NCBI GenBank assembly: GCA_949287095.1 | Contig: CASEFA010000001.1 | Span: 69,320-133,319, forward strand | Direction: 5' to 3' | Length of the DNA stretch: 64,000 bases | Source of the DNA: an uncultured Bacillota bacterium | Lineage (GTDB): Bacteria > Bacillota > Clostridia > Peptostreptococcales > Anaerovoracaceae | Shown: one piece after another, positions 29,119 through 38,353 of the stretch | How positions within the stretch are numbered: the first letter of the stretch is position 1 | Layout of the letters: every line of letters begins with the position of its first letter | Notes under the pieces: generated by a model | Seen by the model: the letters and a program-made list of their open reading frames with translations, nothing else | Told to the model about the DNA's origin: nothing | Database searches by the model: none | Made by a program: the position numbers and the translations under genes

Positions 29119-31227
29119 ATGAAGACAGTAGCCATTGTATATAAGACTTCCTCCAATATGAACGCCATGAACTTTGTAAAGTCCAATCTTGAGGGCATAT
29201 TTGAGGACTTTGTGAGATTTTACAACGTACACCTGGAGGAGTATCCGGAAAACTCCGTACTCCACGCCGACGCATATCTTGTAAGCGGCGACGATCTGTA
29301 CGAACAGCTTAAGGAGCGCGTCGACAACTTCTCCATGATAGTAAAGCTGGAGAGAAGTCCTAACGTCAGAGCTCTGAAATCAATTTCGGAAATTCCGTCA
29401 GGGACAAAGGTTCTCCTGGTCAACGACAGCTATGAAACCGCTCTTTCCACCGCATACTCTTTTTACGAGATGGGCGTCAGCCATATTAACTTCGTACCTT
29501 TTGACAACAGCCTTGACCACACCGGCATTTACGACGACATAACCATCGCCGTAACACCTAACGAGCCGGATCTGGTTCCGGAGCACATCAGCGAAGTCAT
29601 AGATATAGGCTACAGAGTTGTAAGCTTCGACACTGTCGTTAAGCTCAAGCAGCTTCTGGACCTTGAAGCGGAGAGAATCAACAGAAACATATTCCGCTAT
29701 CTCCACACTGTTGTGGAGTCGGCCACCAGTTTCTACTCCAACTTCATTTACGATTATCTAAAGAGTGAAATGATAAAAAGAATCGTTGACGGAAGCGCCA
29801 TAGGCACCATCCTGGTGGATGCGCTCTTTGAGCCTGTATACGCCAACGCCAAAGCATGCTCTATCTTCGGCGTCTCCGACAAAACGGAGCTGAACCTGAG
29901 TGAAAATCTCCCGCCCGATGTCATAAGCTCTCCGGACGTCTCCGGAGCCAAGGTCACCATAAACCTTAACAATTACATTCTGAACAAGTACACCATCACG
30001 CTGATGGACGAAAAGGCGGGCTATTACATGACTCTTCAGGACGAGAGGGATACAGCCCCTCTCCGCCACTCACTTAAAGAAAAGGGTTACGTAGCAAACT
30101 ATCAGTTCAGCGATATCATATACAGGGCCTCGTGCATGGAGAAAGTTATCAGCACGGCCAAGCGTATAGCAGGCACCGATCTTACGGTTCTGATACGCGG
30201 CGAAAGCGGCACCGGAAAGGAAATGATAGCCCAGTCCATACACAACTATTCGGACCGGTCCATCTTCCCCTTTGTCGCCGTCAACTGCGCCGCGCTTCCC
30301 GAAACCCTTCTGGAATCGGAGCTGTTCGGATATGAAGCAGGTTCCTTCACCGGAGCCAGGAGCAAGGGCAAGGCCGGTCTGTTCGAACAGGCCCATCGCG
30401 GAACCATATTCCTCGATGAAATAGGCGATATATCCCCGAAGCTGCAGTCGCGTCTGCTCAGAACCATCCAGGAGATGCAGGTTATGAGAATAGGAAGCGA
30501 CAAAGTCATCAATATAGATGTGAGAATCATTGCCGCCACCAACAAAAATCTTGAAGCCGAAATCGCAAAGGGGAGTTTCAGAAGCGACCTTTTCTTCAGG
30601 CTCAACGTACTGCCGGTCTCCGTACCTCCTCTTCGCGAGAGGAAGGAGGATATTCCGGCGCTGCTGAAAAGCTTTCTGGGCCCGGACTACAAAAACGTAA
30701 GTCCCCACGAAAAGACGCTTATGATGAAATACGACTGGCCGGGCAACGTGAGAGAACTGAGAAATACAGCAGTATACTATAAATCTCTCTCCGAGCTTCC
30801 TGAATATCTGGTCAATATTGAAAACGCACGTTCCGGGCAGGAACAGACCGAAACGCAGAAGCAGGATCCATACGCCGGACAGGCGGCATCCCGTGCGGAA
30901 ATCCCGTCATACAATGGTGAAGTACCGGTCCAAAGCGGTATTTTCAACCCTCCGGAACCGAAGAGATATACGATCAGACGGCTGTCCTTTACCGAGGACG
31001 AACTGAAGCAGAAGGTTCTGTCCCTCATCTACGACAACTCCGCTCCCGCTCACGGCGTCGGACGTACCGTACTGGTACAGATACTTAAATCATCCGGCGT
31101 GAACATAAGCGATGGAAAACTTCGTGAGATACTTTCCGCTCTTTCGTCAGACGGTCTCATACAGATTGGCAAGGGACGCTTCGGCACCAGAATAACGGAA
31201 ATGGGTATAGACAAATTGAAAAGATAG
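29119..31227 (+). CDS. sigma54-dependent activator with PrpR-N-like plus PAS sensor and an atypical C-terminal winged-helix tail
   Basis: AAGGAG precedes ATG 29119, which is preferred over 29032. GESGTGKE, GSFTGA and IFLDEIG AAA+ motifs. After the AAA+ lid there is a low-complexity linker and ...GVGRTVLVQILKSSGVNISDGKLREILSALSSDGLIQIGKG... instead of a Fis-type HTH. Confidence 0.8.
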   Translation: MKTVAIVYKTSSNMNAMNFVKSNLEGIFEDFVRFYNVHLEEYPENSVLHADAYLVSGDDLYEQLKERVDNFSMIVKLERSPNVRALKSISEIPSGTKVLLVNDSYETALSTAYSFYEMGVSHINFVPFDNSLDHTGIYDDITIAVTPNEPDLVPEHISEVIDIGYRVVSFDTVVKLKQLLDLEAERINRNIFRYLHTVVESATSFYSNFIYDYLKSEMIKRIVDGSAIGTILVDALFEPVYANAKACSIFGVSDKTELNLSENLPPDVISSPDVSGAKVTINLNNYILNKYTITLMDEKAGYYMTLQDERDTAPLRHSLKEKGYVANYQFSDIIYRASCMEKVISTAKRIAGTDLTVLIRGESGTGKEMIAQSIHNYSDRSIFPFVAVNCAALPETLLESELFGYEAGSFTGARSKGKAGLFEQAHRGTIFLDEIGDISPKLQSRLLRTIQEMQVMRIGSDKVINIDVRIIAATNKNLEAEIAKGSFRSDLFFRLNVLPVSVPPLRERKEDIPALLKSFLGPDYKNVSPHEKTLMMKYDWPGNVRELRNTAVYYKSLSELPEYLVNIENARSGQEQTETQKQDPYAGQAASRAEIPSYNGEVPVQSGIFNPPEPKRYTIRRLSFTEDELKQKVLSLIYDNSAPAHGVGRTVLVQILKSSGVNISDGKLREILSALSSDGLIQIGKGRFGTRITEMGIDKLKR

Positions 31228-31281
31228 TTTTATTATACATTTTAGAAAAACAATCAGGCTGATTTAATCAGGAGGCATTCA

Positions 31282-32499
31282 ATGGAACCAAGCACAAAGA
31301 CATCAGTTACCCCCGCCGAGCTCATCGAAGCGGCAAAGGAGCTCTACCCGGAGACGGTGAGAATCAGACGCCATCTTCATTCCCATCCCGAGCTTTCAGA
31401 GCATGAAGAGAATACATCCCGGTTCGTACGCTCCATTCTCGATGAACACGGAATAAGCTATACATCCGGCGTGGCCGGATTCGGCATAGTCGCGCAGGTT
31501 GGAGACGTAAAGGACGGCTGCAGATGTATCGCCGTCAGAGCAGACATGGACGCTCTTCCCGTCTGCGAAGCCACCGGCCTTGAGTATGCGTCGGAGAACC
31601 CCGGCGTGATGCACGCCTGCGGTCACGATATGCACACGGCAATACTTCTCTCGACGGGAATACTTCTGAAAAAACTTGACGATGAAGGAAGGCTGAACGG
31701 AGCCGTAAAGCTCTTCTTCCAGCCGGCAGAGGAAACGGTAGGCGGAGCCTCTCCTATGATAGAAGCGGGATTTCTGAAAAATCCCGATGTAAGTGCCGTA
31801 ACGGCTCTTCACGTGGATCCGGAGTACCCTGCGGGAACCATAGTACTGAAATACGGTCCAATGAATGCGGCCACCGGAAGCTTCACCCTTACAGTGAGAG
31901 GAAAAAGCTGCCACGGCGCCCATCCTGATGCAGGTATAGATACAATCGTGGTTTCCGCTCAGGTAATTACCGCCGTCCAGTCAATATCCAGCCGTTTCAT
32001 GGCTCCTACTACTCCCGTAGTGGTGACCATCGGTTCTATAAGCGGCGGAACAGCCGGAAACATAATCGCCGGAGAAGTAGTAATGCGCGGCACCATAAGA
32101 GCCCTTGACATGGACACCATGGCAAAAGCAAAGAACCTGTTCGTGCAGATTGCGAAAAACACCGCATCCGCTTACGGAGCTTCTGCAGAAGTCCAGTGGG
32201 CGGACGACTATTATCCTGCCCTCATAAACGACGATGACGTTACCCGCGCCGTGGAAGAGACCACCGACGAATATCTTGGTCACGATATGGTAAGACACAT
32301 GCCGGAGCCGAGCCTCGGCGCCGACGACTTCGCCTTTTTCACCCAGAGCGTAAAAGGCACCTATTTCAATCTGGGCGTCACGAAGGAAGGGGATCCCGTA
32401 TACTCTCTTCACAACGAACACTTCGCTCCCGCAGAGGAAGCCATGTTAAACGGCGTAATAATACAGACAGCATCTGCACTTAAGCTGCTTGAAAAGTAG
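31282..32499 (+). CDS. M20-family amidohydrolase (N-acyl-amino-acid / peptide amidohydrolase)
   Basis: 405 aa. HPELSEHE...MHACGHDMHTA...FQPAEE motifs. Confidence 0.8.
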   Translation: MEPSTKTSVTPAELIEAAKELYPETVRIRRHLHSHPELSEHEENTSRFVRSILDEHGISYTSGVAGFGIVAQVGDVKDGCRCIAVRADMDALPVCEATGLEYASENPGVMHACGHDMHTAILLSTGILLKKLDDEGRLNGAVKLFFQPAEETVGGASPMIEAGFLKNPDVSAVTALHVDPEYPAGTIVLKYGPMNAATGSFTLTVRGKSCHGAHPDAGIDTIVVSAQVITAVQSISSRFMAPTTPVVVTIGSISGGTAGNIIAGEVVMRGTIRALDMDTMAKAKNLFVQIAKNTASAYGASAEVQWADDYYPALINDDDVTRAVEETTDEYLGHDMVRHMPEPSLGADDFAFFTQSVKGTYFNLGVTKEGDPVYSLHNEHFAPAEEAMLNGVIIQTASALKLLEK

Positions 32500-32509
32500 A
32501 GGAGGAAAC

Positions 32510-33622
32510 ATGAACGTACATTTCGATGAAAAAGCGCCCAGGGATACCCAGGTGCTTGTAGATACACAGGCTATAAGAGAGAACTTCCGCAACATAAGGG
32601 AGATGTGCGGCGAGACCACCGCCGTTATGCCCGTAATAAAGGCTAACGCATACGGCCACGGCGCTGCGGAAATCGCCAGGGTTTTATACGAGGAAGGAGC
32701 CGTTTATCTGGCAGTTGCGACTCTTACAGAGGCTCTTGAACTGAGAGCCGCCAGCGATGACTATCCTCTCTTCATACTCGGACACACTCCGGACAGACTG
32801 CTGGACAGGGTAGTGGAAAACCGTATAACTCAGACGGTTTTCAGCTTCAGACAGGCAGAGCTCCTCAGCGCCCTTGCCGAAGGCAGGGGCGTGAAAGCCC
32901 GCGTACACCTGAAGGTGGACACGGGGTTCCATCGTCTGGGAACAGACGATGTGGAGGAGCTGCGAAAGATTCTCTCTCTCCCGGGCCTCGAGGTTGAAGG
33001 TATTTTTTCTCACCTTGCTCTTGCAGGCTATGAAGACGACATGGCTCAGTTCGACAAGTTCATGAAGATTGCGGATGAGCTCGAGAAGGACGGATTCAGA
33101 TTCAGGTACAGACACATTGCCGACAGCATAGCCTGTGTGGACTATCCGGAATTCCGTCTTGACATGGTGCGCCCGGGCGCACTGGTATTCGGTCTGAAGG
33201 GATTCCACAAGGGACACATAGAAATCCGTCAGGCCATCGGCATGGTTACGAAAATTTCACAGCTTCACCGGATTCCGAAAGGAGAAGGAGTGAGCTATGA
33301 CTACTGCTGGAAAGCTCCGAAAGACTCCGTAATAGCCACGCTGCCGTTCGGATATGCGGACGGATATCCGAGAAACATGCGCGACAAGGGGTACGTTACC
33401 ATCCGCGGAATTAAGTGTCCTCTGGTAGGCGTCCTGTGCATGGACCAGTGCATGGCTGACGTAACGCACGTTCCGGGTGTTTCCGAAGGCGACATCGCAG
33501 TAATATACGGAGACGGCACGGATAACACCATGGACATACAGGAAGCTTCCGAACTTGCGGAAACCAACAAAAACGAGATAATAGCCAGAATCATGGCACG
33601 TCCCGTAAGAGTCTACTACTAA
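32510..33622 (+). CDS. alr: alanine racemase
   Basis: GAGGAGG precedes ATG 32510. PVIKANAYGHGA PLP-lysine motif and C-terminal GYADGYPR. Confidence 0.85.
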   Translation: MNVHFDEKAPRDTQVLVDTQAIRENFRNIREMCGETTAVMPVIKANAYGHGAAEIARVLYEEGAVYLAVATLTEALELRAASDDYPLFILGHTPDRLLDRVVENRITQTVFSFRQAELLSALAEGRGVKARVHLKVDTGFHRLGTDDVEELRKILSLPGLEVEGIFSHLALAGYEDDMAQFDKFMKIADELEKDGFRFRYRHIADSIACVDYPEFRLDMVRPGALVFGLKGFHKGHIEIRQAIGMVTKISQLHRIPKGEGVSYDYCWKAPKDSVIATLPFGYADGYPRNMRDKGYVTIRGIKCPLVGVLCMDQCMADVTHVPGVSEGDIAVIYGDGTDNTMDIQEASELAETNKNEIIARIMARPVRVYY

Positions 33623-33631
33623 ACCGTAAAC

Positions 33632-33688
33632 AAAAGGCTGCCCGGCCGGCGATGAGTCCAACTGACTTTGCCGGCGGGCAGCCTTGTT
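33632..33688. terminator. bidirectional hairpin between convergent alr and dipeptidase genes
   Basis: AAGGCTGCCCGgCCGGC...GCCGGCGGGCAGCCTT long stem. Confidence 0.65.
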
Positions 33689-33699
33689 AATTCTGACGA

Positions 33700-34647
33700 T
33701 TAACCTATAACCTCTTTTATAACTCTCATTGCGTTACTGTAGCAGATTTTGTCGATTTCATCGTCTGTGTACTCTTTTTCCATTGCAGCGATTATCTTTT
33801 TGAATCCCAGATAATTCTCCAGTTCACCGGCGGATTCAATACCGTCAAAGTCGGAGCCGAAGCCTACGCTTTCGATGCCTGCCTTATCTGTCATATATCT
33901 CATGTGCTTCATGATGAGATCTACCGTAGGATAATCACAGTCATCCTCCAGGAAGCAGCCGTAGAAGTTTATTCCCGCTACACCGCCCTTTTCGCCAAGA
34001 GTCTTAAGCTGACCGTCAGTCAGATTTCTTCTGTGTCCGCAGAGAGCTCTTGCGCAGGAATGGCTGGCTATAAAAGGTTTTTTGCTGTACTTTGCAACGT
34101 CGTAGAACACTCCTTCAGAGGAATGAGAAAGATCGACGATGATTCCAAGGTCGTTCATCCTCTCCACGGCCTCGATGCCGAAAGGCTTCAGTCCCCTCAT
34201 GTGTTCTTCAGGGTCGTCGCTTGACGGATAGCCCAGCGAGTTCTCAAAATTCCAGAGGAGAGTTATGAGTCTTACGCCCTTTTCGTACGCCTCGTCCACT
34301 CTTTCGATATGGCCGTCCAGAAATACTCCATCCTCAACTGTCAGGAGCGAAGATATCTTTCCGGCCTTTTCGTTTTTCTCTATATCTTCAGCTTTTAGCA
34401 CCGGCAGAACGTGTTCCCTGTTCAGCTCCATCTGCTTTACATATGTGTCGTACATTCTGTGAAACAGGTCGTACGCACCGTACTTCTCTATGCAGTCCCT
34501 GTACATGAACAGCGCAAAAAACTGCACAGTGCCGCCGACCTTTTCAATCATCTCAAGATCGAGATGGCCGCCTTTGTTTAAAATATTCTGCTCCGGATGA
34601 AGGAACACCTCTCCCATGGAGTCGCAATGCATGTCTATAAGCTTCAT
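33700..34647 (-). CDS. M19 membrane-dipeptidase (renal dipeptidase) family protein
   Basis: 315 aa. MKLIDMHCDS start, LSHS and GSDFDG motifs. Confidence 0.8.
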   Translation of the reverse strand: MKLIDMHCDSMGEVFLHPEQNILNKGGHLDLEMIEKVGGTVQFFALFMYRDCIEKYGAYDLFHRMYDTYVKQMELNREHVLPVLKAEDIEKNEKAGKISSLLTVEDGVFLDGHIERVDEAYEKGVRLITLLWNFENSLGYPSSDDPEEHMRGLKPFGIEAVERMNDLGIIVDLSHSSEGVFYDVAKYSKKPFIASHSCARALCGHRRNLTDGQLKTLGEKGGVAGINFYGCFLEDDCDYPTVDLIMKHMRYMTDKAGIESVGFGSDFDGIESAGELENYLGFKKIIAAMEKEYTDDEIDKICYSNAMRVIKEVIG

Positions 34648-34686
34648 AATAACCTCCTGTGTGCTGCGAATTAATTTTTCACATAC

Positions 34687-34714
34687 ATTATAGCACTAAG
34701 TCTCTTCATGTAAA
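34687..34714 (-). promoter_or_regulatory. sigma70 promoter TTTACA-16-TATAAT
   Basis: Minus strand TTTACAtgaagagacttagtgcTATAAT, upstream of the dipeptidase gene. Confidence 0.55.
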
Positions 34715-34726
34715 GCCGTTTATTAC

Positions 34727-34766
34727 AAAAGCGGCGCCGCCGGAAATTTCCGGCAGTGCGCCGCTT
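34727..34766 (-). terminator. rho-independent terminator after the SNF transporter genes
   Basis: Minus strand AAGCGGCGCACTGCCGGaaatttCCGGCGGCGCCGCTTTT. Confidence 0.75.
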
Positions 34767-34786
34767 AAATGCGCATTCTTTGATTT

Positions 34787-36193
34787 TTAGCTGAACCAGC
34801 CCAGCTTGAAGAAGGTGTCTATCTGTCCCAGGAGAACCAGGAGCAGAATAGGCGGGGCTATGAACTTGATGGAGTAGTGGAAGTACTTCTTCATCTTATA
34901 CTCCCTGCCTCCGTAGGTAATCTCGTCATCCAGATACGCAGGCTTTATCCAGCCGAATACTATGGCCATTATCATGGCGCCGAGAGGCATGAGTATTCCC
35001 TCCGATACCAGGTCGAAGGAGTCAAGCCAGGTGCTCTGGCCGAATATCTGCGGGAATCCGTTGGCGCCAAGTCCGTCCAGAGCCACGAAGGTTCCTTCCA
35101 GCGCAACGAATATTCCCACCATGGTTATTATCTTTCTCCTGTTTATCGCCTTGCCCTTTTCTATGTGCCTGTCCATTATTGCTGAACTTACAGCCTCTGT
35201 AAGGGATATGGACGAGGTTATTGCAGCTATGAACACCAGAACGTAGAACAGGAATCCGAACAGCGGGCCAAGGCTGCCCATGGCCTGGAATACGGTCTGA
35301 AGAGTTATGAACAGAAGCCCCGGGCCCTGTGCAGGATCCTGCCCGGCGGAGAATACCGCAGGCATGATTGCAAGTGAAGCCATTACTGCAACTGTGGTGT
35401 CGGCAAGAGGAATTATGAGGGAGTTCTGCTGAAGATCCTCCTCCTTCTTCATATACGAGCCGTATGTAACCATGATGCCCATGCCCAGTGAGAGGGAGAA
35501 GAACATCTGGCCTCCCGCCGAAGCAAGGACGTTAATCCAGCCGGTTCCCTTAAACACCTCGAAGTTAGGCTTGAATATGAATTCAAGACCTGCGTCCGCG
35601 CCCGGAAGAGTAACGCTTCTTATTATCACTATGAGAAGCATTACGAACAGGGCCGGCATTGCAAAGGTCGTAAACTTTTCGATACCGCCCGATACTCCCG
35701 CCTGAACGATTATCATGGTAAGAGCCACGAATATGAGTGTGTATATGGTGCTTTCCACCTGGTTTGCGGTAAATCCCGCAAAGAATTCCGCGCTGTCGGC
35801 TCCCGCAACGCCCCAGGAGGCGTTGAAAAGGTCTCCGATATTGGCTATGGCGTATTTGATGCAGTAGCCTCCCAGCATGCAGTAAAATCCCAGGATCAGC
35901 ACCGGCGAAATCCATCCGAACCAGCCTATTATCTTATATTTTCTGCCCAGGGTTTCGTAAGCCGCGATAACGCCTTTGCCGCTCTTTCTTCCGAGAGCCA
36001 GCTCAGCCAGCATTACCACAACGCCTACAAATATAACGAGAGCAAGGTACACTACGAGAAATGCGAACCCGCCGTTGTTTCCCATTTTATAAGGGAAGCC
36101 CCAGAGGTTGCCCAGTCCCACAGCGGAACCTATGGCCGCCATGAGGAAGCCGAACCTGCTTCCCCACTGGCCTTTCTGATTGCTATGTTCCAT
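34787..36193 (-). CDS. sodium-dependent transporter, neurotransmitter:sodium symporter (SNF) family
   Basis: 468 aa. WGSRFGFLMAAIGSAVGLGNLWGFPY signature. Confidence 0.85.
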   Translation of the reverse strand: MEHSNQKGQWGSRFGFLMAAIGSAVGLGNLWGFPYKMGNNGGFAFLVVYLALVIFVGVVVMLAELALGRKSGKGVIAAYETLGRKYKIIGWFGWISPVLILGFYCMLGGYCIKYAIANIGDLFNASWGVAGADSAEFFAGFTANQVESTIYTLIFVALTMIIVQAGVSGGIEKFTTFAMPALFVMLLIVIIRSVTLPGADAGLEFIFKPNFEVFKGTGWINVLASAGGQMFFSLSLGMGIMVTYGSYMKKEEDLQQNSLIIPLADTTVAVMASLAIMPAVFSAGQDPAQGPGLLFITLQTVFQAMGSLGPLFGFLFYVLVFIAAITSSISLTEAVSSAIMDRHIEKGKAINRRKIITMVGIFVALEGTFVALDGLGANGFPQIFGQSTWLDSFDLVSEGILMPLGAMIMAIVFGWIKPAYLDDEITYGGREYKMKKYFHYSIKFIAPPILLLVLLGQIDTFFKLGWFS

Positions 36194-36212
36194 TTAAATT
36201 ATCCTTCCTGTT

Positions 36213-37613
36213 TTAGAACAGTCCCAGTTTAAAGAATCCGTCCATCTGTACTACAACGATAAACGCCAGGAATACAGGTGCGAGGAACTTGAGACATATT
36301 TCCACGAACGGCTTGCTTCTGTAGCTTCCGCTCAGCTTAATCTCGTCGTCGATGTATCCCGGTCTGATCCAGCCGAGGATTATGGTCATGATGAGACATC
36401 CGCCAGGCATCAGGATACCTTCGCTGAAGAGGTCGAATGTGTCAAGCCATGTGCTGAATCCGAAGAGATGCGGAAGTCCTGCCGCTCCGAGAGCGTCAAG
36501 GGCTACCAGTACTGCACCTGCGGTGGATATTCCTCCTATGGTGAGGCAGAGGAATGTTCTTCCCTGACTCTTGCCCTTCTCCAGCCTTCTGTCCATAAAT
36601 GATGACACGGAGCCTTCAAGCATGGATATGGATGAAGTGAGAGCCGCCAGGAATACCAGCAGGTAGAATATAGTTCCGAATATCGGGCCTGCTCCGCTCA
36701 TGCTCTGGAACACGGTCTGAAGAGTTACGAAGAGCATTCCCGGTCCCTGAGTAGGCTCCAGTCCGGACGCAAATACGGCAGGAAGTGTAGCAAGACCGCA
36801 GAGAATCGCAACGGTAGTGTCTGCCGCAGGTACGATAAGTGCGTTTTTCTCAAGATTTTCTTTTTTGTCAAGGTATGAGCTGTAGGCTATGAGCGCGCTG
36901 GATGCGAGGGACAGCGAGAAGAAAAGCTGTCCTCCGGCGGAAGCCAGAACCTTGAGCCAGCCCCAGCCTTTGAATACCTCGAAGTTAGGCTTGAACATAA
37001 ATGCAAGACCCTCTGCCGCTCCCGGAAGGGTAACGCTTCTTATAACCGTTATAAGCAGCATGACAAAGAGCGCAGGCATCGCGATTACGGAGAATCTCTC
37101 AAGACCGTTTGCAACACCGCCCATTACGATGACGATGGTCAGAACCGCAAAGATGAGAGTGAATCCCACAGCCTGTACGGGGTCCGCAACGAAGGTGTTG
37201 AAGAAGTCGCCGCTGGCCACGTCTCCCACTCCCCAGGACGCTCCGAAAATGTCTCCGAAGTTGGCTACGAGATACTTGATGCAGTAGCCGCCCAGGCAGA
37301 GATAGAACATCATAAGGAAGAAAGGAGCCATAGTGGCAATCCATCCGTTGAACATAAACCTGCGTCCTATGCGCTCGTAGGCTCCTATCGCTCCCTTTCC
37401 CGATTTACGGCCGATCGCAAACTCCGCAAGCATACAGCTGTAGCCGATACATACGGCCAGAATCAGGTAGAGAAACAGAAAGGCGAATCCGCCTCCGTTA
37501 CCCATTTTGTACGGAAACCCCCAAAGGTTTCCCAGGCCTACGGCCGACCCTATCGCAGCCATGAGAAAGCCGAAATTACTCTGAAACTTTCCCTTCTGCT
37601 TACTGTTTTCCAT
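36213..37613 (-). CDS. sodium-dependent transporter, SNF family (paralogue)
   Basis: 466 aa. FQSNFGFLMAAIGSAVGLGNLWGFPY signature. Collinear with the neighbouring paralogue. Confidence 0.85.
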   Translation of the reverse strand: MENSKQKGKFQSNFGFLMAAIGSAVGLGNLWGFPYKMGNGGGFAFLFLYLILAVCIGYSCMLAEFAIGRKSGKGAIGAYERIGRRFMFNGWIATMAPFFLMMFYLCLGGYCIKYLVANFGDIFGASWGVGDVASGDFFNTFVADPVQAVGFTLIFAVLTIVIVMGGVANGLERFSVIAMPALFVMLLITVIRSVTLPGAAEGLAFMFKPNFEVFKGWGWLKVLASAGGQLFFSLSLASSALIAYSSYLDKKENLEKNALIVPAADTTVAILCGLATLPAVFASGLEPTQGPGMLFVTLQTVFQSMSGAGPIFGTIFYLLVFLAALTSSISMLEGSVSSFMDRRLEKGKSQGRTFLCLTIGGISTAGAVLVALDALGAAGLPHLFGFSTWLDTFDLFSEGILMPGGCLIMTIILGWIRPGYIDDEIKLSGSYRSKPFVEICLKFLAPVFLAFIVVVQMDGFFKLGLF

Positions 37614-37660
37614 TGATAATAACCTCCTGATAATTGCATAATTATTTGACGTGCCATATC

Positions 37661-37689
37661 ATTATATATGCCCGCATTGTTTCTGTCAA
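37661..37689 (-). promoter_or_regulatory. sigma70 promoter TTGACA-17-TATAAT
   Basis: Minus strand TTGACAgaaacaatgcgggcataTATAAT, about 45 nt upstream of ATG 37613. Confidence 0.65.
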
Positions 37690-37806
37690 TTACAACAAAA
37701 TGCAATGTTAGAAATTTGTGTTTTATCACAAGTTATAAGTGTTTACGGTGTATAAATATGTCTCTGGATTTAAAACGTATGCCTATCCACCGGCTGCGGA
37801 AAATGT

Positions 37807-37834
37807 TTGAATTTAAACCCCGGTGTGCTAAAAT
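37807..37834 (+). promoter_or_regulatory. sigma70 promoter TTGAAT-16-TAAAAT
   Basis: TTGAATttaaaccccggtgtgcTAAAAT, about 35 nt upstream of ATG 37868. Confidence 0.45.
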
Positions 37835-37867
37835 AAAGAAAACAGTTCATCACCCGGAGGTATTGTA

Positions 37868-38353
37868 ATGTCAATTGAAAAAGCCAGAAAACACCTCGCA
37901 GAATACGGCATGGAGGACAGGATATTGGAGTTCGACGTCTCCAGCGCCACAGTGGAGCTTGCCGCCATAGCTGTAGGAGTGGAAGGCGCGCGGATATGTA
38001 AAACCCTTTCTTTTAAAGACCCCGACGGCGGATGCATTCTCATTCAGACCGCCGGAGACTCCAGGATAGATAACTCCAAGTTTAAGAAATTCTTCGGCTT
38101 CAAGGCGAAAATGCTGCCCTTTGACGAGGTGGAGGCCCTGACCGGTCACGAACCCGGCGGCGTCTGCGCTTTCGGTGCCGACCATGACCTTGCGAGAATA
38201 TACTGCGACGTTTCTCTTAAACGTTTTGAGACCGTGTTCCCCGCATGCGGCTCCGATAACAGCGCTATAGAGATGACCTGTGATGAGCTTTTCAAAGTAT
38301 CCGAAGCTCTTGAATGGATAGACGTATCAAAGCTTCCCGACGGAGGAAAATAA
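37868..38353 (+). CDS. YbaK/EbsC-type aminoacyl-tRNA deacylase domain protein
   Basis: 161 aa. KTLSFKD...GGVCAFG pattern of the YbaK/ProX editing-domain family. Confidence 0.7.
   Translation: MSIEKARKHLAEYGMEDRILEFDVSSATVELAAIAVGVEGARICKTLSFKDPDGGCILIQTAGDSRIDNSKFKKFFGFKAKMLPFDEVEALTGHEPGGVCAFGADHDLARIYCDVSLKRFETVFPACGSDNSAIEMTCDELFKVSEALEWIDVSKLPDGGK

Noticed and set aside
31228-31281. Looked for a sigma54 or sigma70 promoter between the second activator and the M20 amidohydrolase gene.
   Set aside because: The gap is only 54 nt with no GG/GC element and no -35/-10 pair. The amidohydrolase and alr are most simply co-transcribed with the activator gene.
37634-37656. TGGCAC on the minus strand upstream of the SNF transporter gene, with TGCAA nearby: a possible fifth sigma54 promoter.
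   Set aside because: The spacing between TGGCAC and the TGCAA element is 12 nt instead of 5, and nothing resembling TTGC sits at the correct position. A perfect TTGACA-17-TATAAT promoter sits right next to it and explains expression.
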